Positions 19,837 to 26,817 of a stretch of 64,000 nucleotides of DNA are shown piece after piece. Every line of letters starts with the position of its first letter. The first letter of the stretch is position 1. The DNA is taken from the NCBI GenBank assembly GCA_964436855.1, contig CAYTED010000008.1:4158-68157 (forward strand), in the 5' to 3' direction. This stretch comes from an uncultured Bdellovibrionales bacterium. GTDB lineage: Bacteria; Patescibacteriota; Minisyncoccia; Moranbacterales; UBA1568. Under the pieces are notes generated by a model, which saw nothing but the letters and a program-made list of their open reading frames with translations, did not search any database and had not been told where the DNA came from. Made by a program: the position numbers and the translations under genes.

Positions 19837-20835
19837 TTATCCATTTTTCGATTTATAGCCTGACAATTCCTGTTTCAGGGTATATGCATTTCCGTGAGAA
19901 AGCAACCCGATATATGAGGCAAATACCTTTTCATCGACATTCTTCCGAATATTCTGAAACATCTTCTTTTTGGTGATCGTGCGAAGTGTTCGACAATGAG
20001 GAAAGTGCACCCAACCGAGAAAATCCACTCCTGATGCCCATGTCTTTATGAAAATCTTCTTGTCATGGAGCGAAAGCTTCAGTTTTTCCGATAAAAAATG
20101 ATCCAGGTCAACAACAATATCCCGCAAATACTCTCCCTTCTCCGAAAAAATCACGAAATCATCGGCATATCGAATGTAGTGTCGGATTTTCAATTTCCGC
20201 TTCACAAACTGATCAAATTCATTCAGATAAATATTAGAGAAAAGCTGACTTGTCAGGTTCCCGAGAGGAAGTCCAACGCCCTTCATTCCTCTCGTTTCGA
20301 AGCTTCGAATGATCTTTTCCAAAAGAATGAGGATATCCTGATCTTCAATATGTCGCTTGAGAATTTCCAGTAATACGCTGTGCTCTATCGATGCGAAAAA
20401 TTTCCTAATATCACATTTCAATACAAAACATTGCCGAGTATTGTTTTTTGACACTCTTCGCGCGAATACCCGAAAACGATTGATTGCCCTCAGTGCTCCT
20501 TTTTCCTCCCTACAGGAATACGAATCAAATATGAATCGATCATCGAAATATGTTTTCAGAGACCGGTAGATGATATGATGGACGATCCTGTCACGAACTG
20601 CAGCTTTGTGAATATCGCGAGGTTTCGGATCTGAAACCCTGAAAGCCCAATATGATCCATGAGTATATTTCCGACTTTTCAAATCAACCTGCAATACGAA
20701 GAGATTTTCCATAAGACGCATTTCGAACTCCGCAACATCACTCTGTTTACGCTTCCCAGCAACAAATTTCTGCCACGCCGAAAACACGACTTCCAGCGAT
20801 GTGATATCATCATATTTGAGATCCAATTTTTTCAT
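19837..20835 (-). CDS. Diversity-generating retroelement (DGR) reverse transcriptase
   Basis: RT motifs PRDIHKAAVRDRIVHH (1), KCDIRKFFASIEH (2), the DGR-specific LPLGNLTSQLFSNIYLNEFD (motif 4 with SQ in place of QG), YIRYADDFVIFS (YxDD), GVDFLGW. About 330 aa, the size typical of DGR RTs. Confidence 0.9.
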   Translation of the reverse strand: MKKLDLKYDDITSLEVVFSAWQKFVAGKRKQSDVAEFEMRLMENLFVLQVDLKSRKYTHGSYWAFRVSDPKPRDIHKAAVRDRIVHHIIYRSLKTYFDDRFIFDSYSCREEKGALRAINRFRVFARRVSKNNTRQCFVLKCDIRKFFASIEHSVLLEILKRHIEDQDILILLEKIIRSFETRGMKGVGLPLGNLTSQLFSNIYLNEFDQFVKRKLKIRHYIRYADDFVIFSEKGEYLRDIVVDLDHFLSEKLKLSLHDKKIFIKTWASGVDFLGWVHFPHCRTLRTITKKKMFQNIRKNVDEKVFASYIGLLSHGNAYTLKQELSGYKSKNG

Positions 20836-20887
20836 TTTTTATTCCTATGAATACCCCCCCCCTCGGCTTTCCAGTATCAGCGTCAAG

Positions 20888-21244
20888 ATGCTCGCTTTCT
20901 ATACCGAGTGGCATGACATCCTGACGAGACATATCCCGAAGATCGAGCGCTATTCGATCGGCATGCGCATCGACAATCTTTTTTCAGGCATTCTCGAAGA
21001 CATCGCTCTCGCGCAATTTTCCCTTCCTGAATACAAAATCCCTTATATCAAGCGCGCTATCGGAAAGAATGATACGCTCAAATTCATGCTCTATGCGCTT
21101 TTCAATTTGAAAGGCATTGACGAGAAAAAATTCATTTCCCTTTCCGAAAAAACGGAGGAGATCGGTCGCATGCTCTATGGATGGAAATGCAAAATGGAAC
21201 AAAAACCGCCAGAGCGACAGTATTCCGGCGGAAAAAATTTGTGA
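20888..21244 (+). CDS. avd: Avd-like accessory variability determinant (four-helix-bundle family), divergent from the RT
   Basis: IPKIERYSIGMRIDNLFSGILEDIALAQ and C-terminal EKTEEIGRMLYGWKCKMEQK parallel the TIGR02436/Avd family. Compare PKEERYgLtsQlrRaavSI...EKIEEvkkMLiGli, and Bordetella Avd ...AEVGRILGSWIAR. The stop lies 3 nt before the TR. Confidence 0.5.
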   Translation: MLAFYTEWHDILTRHIPKIERYSIGMRIDNLFSGILEDIALAQFSLPEYKIPYIKRAIGKNDTLKFMLYALFNLKGIDEKKFISLSEKTEEIGRMLYGWKCKMEQKPPERQYSGGKNL

Positions 21245-21247
21245 GTA

Positions 21248-21371
21248 TCGAGGAGCACAGCACGCTCGTTCGAGTCCCAGTCGTTGTCCAGCCAATTCGC
21301 ATTCCGGTTGAACTTCGAGCCATTCCAGTTCGAGCGAGGCACATTCCAGTGGCCGTCCTTGTCACGCAACA
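21248..21371 (-). repeat. DGR template repeat (TR)
   Basis: 124-nt direct repeat of 21699-21822 with no indels. 15 mismatches, every one at a T on the plus strand (an A on the minus strand) in this copy. Conceptual peptide GHWNVPRSNWNGSKFNRNANWLDNDWDSNERAVLL is rich in AAY (Asn) codons. Confidence 0.9.
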
Positions 21372-21642
21372 TCGCGGGAAATACCATCCTCTCTATCCAC
21401 TGTCCAGCTCAATCGCGCACAGACTGTATTTCATTCCGTATCTTCAAATACGCGAGCATTTCCCACAGACTCACTTTTCTTTTTTTTCGAAAACGTTTTT
21501 CACTTTCCGTAGGAGATTCCGTTGGAAATTCCGAAAACGCCGTCTCGACACAAGAGGATGCTCCGGCGTACCCGAGCACCCATTCTCTTCTGCCTCTCTA
21601 TACTATCATGCGATCCTCAAAAAATTCAAAGGGCAAAGGGCA

Positions 21643-21659
21643 ATTCGCCTTTGGCGAAT
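21643..21659 (-). other. GC-rich hairpin about 38 nt downstream of VR (candidate DGR homing stem-loop)
   Basis: ATTCGCC-TTT-GGCGAAT, a 7-bp stem with a 3-nt loop, lying between VR/IMH and TR. Confidence 0.4.
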
Positions 21660-21691
21660 CAAAGAGCAGATTCAAAATTCAAAAGCAAAGG

Positions 21692-23935
21692 TCATTTCTC
21701 GAGGAGCACAGCACGCTCGTGCGAGCCCCAGTCGCTGTCCAGCCAATGCGCATGCCGGCCGAACCCCGAGCCATCCCAGTACGAGCGAGGCACATACCAG
21801 TGGCCGCCCTCGCCACGCAACACAGAACCAGGGCAGAAGAACCAATTCCCATCCTTGAGTTCCTGTGGTGTTCGATCAGGATTTTCAATCATCCATTTCC
21901 AATATTCGATACCGGGAATATGATGTGTGGCTCCGTAAGTACCAATGATATGCTTCATCACCTCGTACCGCTTCTTTCCGACAAATGCCGAGAGGTCCGG
22001 GATAAATACTTTCGCTCGCTCAAAATCAAGTCCTTGCGTTTCGGGATTGAGAGTGTATTCTCCGATTTTGTTTGCATCGATATCCTGTGAGAGCTGTTCA
22101 TAATCAAGCGCACTCGGGTTTTGAAATGCTGCTTCCTGTTTCGCATTGTTCACGATTTTTTTGCTCCACCACATCTTGAATGTCTCAAAGAGAAAGGGTT
22201 TATTTCCTTCCTTCAGTATCTCGATATCCAGATCCGCTGCTACATCCACTCCTTCCTTATCCACTTCACCACCCAAAAGATCTGCTACTGCACCTTTCAA
22301 ATCAGGAGAGAATTCTTTCATTTCTGCCAATTCTTTCAGTGTTATTATTCTTTCTTTTTTCGATCGTTCGATCGTAGCTTTGATAGCCACATCATCCCTC
22401 CCTTGCTTGAGCGCACTCACATCGAATATATTCTGTGGTAAACCAAGCTCTGCCGGCGTCACCGTTCGGAGAAATCCTTTCAGAGCGAAAATTTTTGCCG
22501 CCAATACGCGATCGCTTTCCGGATATTCCTTGAAGGTGATTCCAGTCTTGATCGCCTGATCAAGAAATTCTACGAATGAATTCCCCGGATTCAATCGCCG
22601 CTCCGTTCCCCATCGCTCCAAGATCGCCTCAACTGTTCCCTGTGTGCCCACAAACTTCTTCAGTCCCGGCTTCTTACCTGAAGCATCCTTCACGCCAATG
22701 AGCTGCGCTGTCGCATTGCGCACCGATGGTTCATAGTATGCAGCCTGAATTTCTTCCATAGCCTCGCAGAATTTCGGCAGCGTCGTTTCGAGATCATAGT
22801 CCGATAGCATGATACTTCCATCGCGATCCATCAATCTTGCCTTCATGATATCAAATGCCTCATCCTTCGGCGTGTAGAGGATTTCGAGATTATTCTGCTC
22901 GAATTCTCGGGCGATTTCCGGCGGGAGATCCTGCCGTTCTGGATTTTTTTCAGACTTCAGATTGGCTGTAAAAATCATCTGGAATCCCGGTTCGATACGA
23001 ACGTCTCCATTTCCTGGGATGTTGATTATATCACCTACCTTCGCATTTGCCACGCCTTTCATAAACACCATAATATCCTTCGGGAGCGCCGTGAATTCAT
23101 CGAATATTACCGTTTTTCCCTCTTTGATCGCTCGCGCCAAAGGACCGTAGATATCCACGGTCTCTATCGCGCCATGCTCGCCCCTGGCACGAATCCTGGT
23201 CTTTCCCCAAATATGTGATTCCCGCGTCTGCGGCGTACAATACACCATCTCAGCGCGCTTGCCAGTAAAGTGTTCAGCAGCATATCGTGCAAGCGAAGTT
23301 TTTCCGGTTCCCGTCGGTCCATGGAGAAACATCGGTTTGCCATGAATTATGCGCTTTCCGATCTCGCTCAGGTACTTCTCTACGGATGGTGTATGAACGA
23401 TATGCCCTTCTTGGAAGAGGTCGCCACGGAAATCCATCAATTCAAACATCCTCCATTCCGTCGGATGATCCTTTTTTACCTCTTTCAGTCGAGCGAGAAG
23501 TTCTGGCTTTGCTTGTCTAATCTTCTCAAGCGACCGATCAAGAGCCATGATCGGCCTTGCAGCCTGCTCACGCAGGCAATATATCTCGAAATTCGTCACA
23601 CCGCGAAAGTCTTTTTCCAAGGAAGCAAACGCCTCATATACTGATCCGATCTGTTTTCTGATCGATTCCTTGTCTATGCGCGCTGAAAGCTTGTCACCTT
23701 CCGATTCCAGTCTCTGTCTCTGCAAAAATTCCTTCGCCTTGGAAAAAGCCAACTTCTCACCTTCGCCTTTTGGAATATGAAATTCTTTCGCCTGCTCATT
23801 GAGATCTGCTTTTGATTCTTGGAGATCGGACCGCAATACATCTGGAACACCCTGATTTCTCGCTTCGCGCAATGCATGACGGACCGTTTTCCGCTCTTCG
23901 GAAATCCGGTGAAAATTTTGTATTGGTTTTTCCAT
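21692..23935 (-). CDS. DGR target protein: cytoplasmic MoxR/CbbQ-like AAA+ (AAA_5) ATPase with C-terminal C-type-lectin/FGE-fold variable domain
   Basis: No signal peptide. Walker A FLHGPTGTGKTSLARYAA, Walker B VIFDEF. C-terminal GNWFFCPGSVLRGEGGHWYVPRSYWDGSGF... is encoded by the VR. Confidence 0.85.
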   Translation of the reverse strand: MEKPIQNFHRISEERKTVRHALREARNQGVPDVLRSDLQESKADLNEQAKEFHIPKGEGEKLAFSKAKEFLQRQRLESEGDKLSARIDKESIRKQIGSVYEAFASLEKDFRGVTNFEIYCLREQAARPIMALDRSLEKIRQAKPELLARLKEVKKDHPTEWRMFELMDFRGDLFQEGHIVHTPSVEKYLSEIGKRIIHGKPMFLHGPTGTGKTSLARYAAEHFTGKRAEMVYCTPQTRESHIWGKTRIRARGEHGAIETVDIYGPLARAIKEGKTVIFDEFTALPKDIMVFMKGVANAKVGDIINIPGNGDVRIEPGFQMIFTANLKSEKNPERQDLPPEIAREFEQNNLEILYTPKDEAFDIMKARLMDRDGSIMLSDYDLETTLPKFCEAMEEIQAAYYEPSVRNATAQLIGVKDASGKKPGLKKFVGTQGTVEAILERWGTERRLNPGNSFVEFLDQAIKTGITFKEYPESDRVLAAKIFALKGFLRTVTPAELGLPQNIFDVSALKQGRDDVAIKATIERSKKERIITLKELAEMKEFSPDLKGAVADLLGGEVDKEGVDVAADLDIEILKEGNKPFLFETFKMWWSKKIVNNAKQEAAFQNPSALDYEQLSQDIDANKIGEYTLNPETQGLDFERAKVFIPDLSAFVGKKRYEVMKHIIGTYGATHHIPGIEYWKWMIENPDRTPQELKDGNWFFCPGSVLRGEGGHWYVPRSYWDGSGFGRHAHWLDSDWGSHERAVLLEK
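21699..21822 (-). repeat. DGR variable repeat (VR) at the 3' end of the target gene
   Basis: Counterpart of the TR. Encodes GHWYVPRSYWDGSGFGRHAHWLDSDWGSHERAVLL, so every difference from the TR peptide falls at a TR-adenine codon (N to Y/D/G/H/S, K to G, D to G). The last 20 nt (GC-rich, 21699-21720) are identical to the TR (IMH-like). Confidence 0.9.
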
Positions 23936-23946
23936 AATGTTTGTTT

Positions 23947-24567
23947 TTATTCCTCACTCACACTTATTTTCTTGAGCACGGACTGAATTGTTTCAATATC
24001 CGCTTCGAACCCCGGACGAAATATCACGGATTCCGTATAATCGATATCCTCAAAATATGCGAGTGCCGATCGGAATATCTTTTCATTAAATTCACCTCCG
24101 AATATCTGCTTCGACTTTTCTATTACCTGCTTCAAAGAATACTGTTTTGAAAGAATAAAAAAGAGGTCGACATAATCCTTCCATTTCGATCTCCTTCCAA
24201 GCGCATATGCCTTCATAGCCGAGAGCGTCAACACATCCGCAATATGTATCGTGCCATCAAGAGCGATATCCGCTTTGAAAGGGAATGGGTATGACAAAAA
24301 AGTCATCTTCACTCCTTTTACGACCACCGTATATTCACTATTATTTTTTACCAGCACTATGAAGTTCCGGTCTACTTCGGAAATCTTTTTCCGAAGATCA
24401 GCAACATCCAGCTCCCCATTGGTAAACAGATCAAAATCGATCGATTCGCGATGACCAAGCTGCAATGCGATAGCCGTTCCGCCACACAACGTAAAATCCT
24501 TCTCCATCTTTCTTAGAAGTGGCAACAGTGCTTGCTGCGAAGGGGAGAGTATTTCTTTATGCAGCAT
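23947..24567 (-). CDS. AbiEii/AbiGii-family nucleotidyltransferase toxin (DUF1814)
   Basis: FTLCGGTAIALQLGHRESIDFDLF matches the AbiEii N-terminal NTase motif (GGTAL...R.S.D.D). 206 aa. Confidence 0.7.
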   Translation of the reverse strand: MLHKEILSPSQQALLPLLRKMEKDFTLCGGTAIALQLGHRESIDFDLFTNGELDVADLRKKISEVDRNFIVLVKNNSEYTVVVKGVKMTFLSYPFPFKADIALDGTIHIADVLTLSAMKAYALGRRSKWKDYVDLFFILSKQYSLKQVIEKSKQIFGGEFNEKIFRSALAYFEDIDYTESVIFRPGFEADIETIQSVLKKISVSEE

Positions 24568-24826
24568 AGCGATTGAAATAGAGCTGAAAAAAATTCTTTA
24601 TTTCCGGTCGATAATTCGTCCTCTGCATATCTGAACGCTTTCTGAAATCTTCTGCAACCTTTTCTTTTCCCAAAATAGAGATCAATCCCTGCACATCCTC
24701 CCATGTTCCATAATTGAGAACGTGTTCTACAATAGACTCTTCCGACAATCGCGCTACATCTGCAACATACCAGACAAGGTATGATCTCTTTTCAATAAAA
24801 TCTCGGAGTTTTTCCTGTTGATTCAT
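24557..24826 (-). CDS. Small protein overlapping the AbiEii toxin start by 11 nt (putative cognate antitoxin/partner)
   Basis: 89 aa with translational coupling to the toxin gene; no confident family assignment. Confidence 0.35.
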   Translation of the reverse strand: MNQQEKLRDFIEKRSYLVWYVADVARLSEESIVEHVLNYGTWEDVQGLISILGKEKVAEDFRKRSDMQRTNYRPEIKNFFQLYFNRYAA

Positions 24827-24888
24827 AATGAATAAGTATCAGAGTACCCTTATTTTAACACAAAAATACCCTTTCTACAAGCCGAAAA

Positions 24889-26808
24889 CTATACATCAGC
24901 AAGATGTTCTTGCAATACATCTGCAAGAATGTTTGGGAGTTTTTCTGCTGTTTCCGCAAGCTTGGCCTCTGGAGCATAGGTTGTCAGGGCTGGCTTGCCA
25001 TCTCTCGTAATGCCGATACCGATAACGATCACCCTTTGCTTTCTCAAGGTTTTCAATACTCTCTCAACGCGCGATGGATCATCACTCTCTCCATCCGTAA
25101 AGATAATGACGATCTTTTTCAGTTCTCCTTCCGTTATTAAATATTCCCTATCCTGATCAATGCTGCGTGCGATGGTTTCAAGCGGCACAAAATCAGTCGT
25201 TGATCCGGAACACGTTCCGATTTTCGCTGCTGTTTCGATTCGTTCTTTTTCCGAAAGATCATTCGAGAGACTCTTCAAAGGAATACTATCTTCCGAAGAT
25301 GACTGAAAGGAAAATATTTCCGAACATATCTCCAGCGGCTTTTCCAGGTCATATGATGATTCCTTGGCAAGATCGGAAAATTCCTTGAGTGCTTCCATAA
25401 ACAAAATAACCGCCTTCTGCTGCTCGAGTTTCTTTTTCCCTTCCATAGATGTCGAGCGGTCGCATACGAGCGTGATTTCCACTCTCCCGAAGCGTTTTCC
25501 TTTTTGGATTCGGATATCATGCGTCTCCCATGCTTTCGGCTCGAAATCTCCCGCTTTCGCCCGCACTACAAGCTCGACCGGGTCCACCAAGTCCTCACCC
25601 TCCTCCACTGGATAGCGGGGCGCCGGAACTTCTTTTCTTCGCCTTGAAATAATCCGGGAAATCAGTTCCCGCAAGTCTTCAATAACACTCCGATTCGTCT
25701 CCGGATTGATGATTTTTCTCATTGCATCTGCGATAGATCGATACCGCTTCAGATCTTCTTTTTTCACTCCGAGTTTTTCTGCATATTCCTTGTCCGCCCG
25801 GTCGAGCGGATCACCCTGCGCTTCCTGCCACTTCTTGAATGCCTCCTGCTCTTTCTCTACTGGAACAGCATTTGGAACGCGCTTGTCGGCACGGTCATAT
25901 GCCTCTTTGAATGTCTCGTTCGGATTCTTTTTTTCTTTGCTGTTTTTCTCTTTTCCGAATTTTTCTTGCTTCTGTCCTGAAGGAGAAGACTGCGACGACT
26001 CGCCTTGCTCTCCTTCTTTTTTATCATCACTTGATTTTCCATCTTTTCCTTTCTCGTCTTGCCTTTCTTCTTCCTCCTCATCCTTCTTGAGCAATGCTTC
26101 CACCTTCGGCCAGACGTATCTGTCCTGTAATTTCAAACGAACAGACATCGGAGTGCCAGGATCCGCCATAATCTGAAAGAGTGATCTACCATCCTTTGCG
26201 CGTATATTTTTCAATTCATCGATCGCTTCGCGCACTTCTGGAGCAACCACACATGTCTCATCCAGCACTCTTGCCTCACGAAGAATCGCTTGTGGAAGCT
26301 GCAAATGCTTCGGCTCTCCTGAGAGATCAACATTCGGAAAAAGATCCGTGCGATACATATCTTTTTCAATCGCCGCGTATCCTTCGTCTGTTCTTCGTAT
26401 CACCGTTGTATTTTCTCGGATATCCGCGATGCAGTTATCCATCACAGAATATGCTTTCGATGCTGTGATACGTGAAAGATAATTCTGGTACACCTTCTCG
26501 CCACCCTCTTCGGCAAGAAGTTGTTTTTTCTCAAGGAAATGCTCAATCTCATGCAAGGATGCATAGGTCGTTTTCTCATCGGACAATCCTTTTTCCTTGT
26601 AGAATCGCGCATTAAGATAGATATCGTCTGTCTCAAGATCGAACGCGAAAGTATTCAGATTCGCCGGAGCTGGCTTCACATTCACCCTTCCTCTCGCATA
26701 GTGTTCGAACACATCGCGATTCGCTTCGAAATGACGTAAGGCTTCTTCGTGTTCCGATTGATGAACCTCTTTCGGATTGTTCGGTATAGTGAAAATTTTC
26801 TCTCCCAT
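24889..26808 (-). CDS. vWA-domain protein with N-terminal HExxH metallopeptidase-like region (DUF2201-type MoxR partner)
   Basis: HEIEH motif near the N-terminus, acidic/Lys-rich low-complexity middle, C-terminal vWA with MIDAS DRSTSM...IIFTDGESDD...VIVIGIG. Confidence 0.65.
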   Translation of the reverse strand: MGEKIFTIPNNPKEVHQSEHEEALRHFEANRDVFEHYARGRVNVKPAPANLNTFAFDLETDDIYLNARFYKEKGLSDEKTTYASLHEIEHFLEKKQLLAEEGGEKVYQNYLSRITASKAYSVMDNCIADIRENTTVIRRTDEGYAAIEKDMYRTDLFPNVDLSGEPKHLQLPQAILREARVLDETCVVAPEVREAIDELKNIRAKDGRSLFQIMADPGTPMSVRLKLQDRYVWPKVEALLKKDEEEEERQDEKGKDGKSSDDKKEGEQGESSQSSPSGQKQEKFGKEKNSKEKKNPNETFKEAYDRADKRVPNAVPVEKEQEAFKKWQEAQGDPLDRADKEYAEKLGVKKEDLKRYRSIADAMRKIINPETNRSVIEDLRELISRIISRRRKEVPAPRYPVEEGEDLVDPVELVVRAKAGDFEPKAWETHDIRIQKGKRFGRVEITLVCDRSTSMEGKKKLEQQKAVILFMEALKEFSDLAKESSYDLEKPLEICSEIFSFQSSSEDSIPLKSLSNDLSEKERIETAAKIGTCSGSTTDFVPLETIARSIDQDREYLITEGELKKIVIIFTDGESDDPSRVERVLKTLRKQRVIVIGIGITRDGKPALTTYAPEAKLAETAEKLPNILADVLQEHLADV

Positions 26809-26817
26809 ACTTTCTTT

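Noticed and set aside
20984-21295. 103-aa minus-strand ORF between TR and RT
   Set aside because: It overlaps the TR and is antisense to the better-supported Avd-like ORF. It has no Avd/four-helix-bundle motifs.
21643-21659. Hairpin downstream of the target gene as a simple intrinsic terminator
   Set aside because: The nearest T-run on the transcribed strand is about 15 nt from the stem. Its position relative to VR/IMH fits a DGR homing hairpin better. The terminator reading is not fully excluded.
21181-22090. Plus-strand ORFs (225 and 268 aa) running through TR and VR
   Set aside because: Their repeated peptide segments are just the alternative-frame translation of the TR/VR repeat. They are antisense to the target gene.
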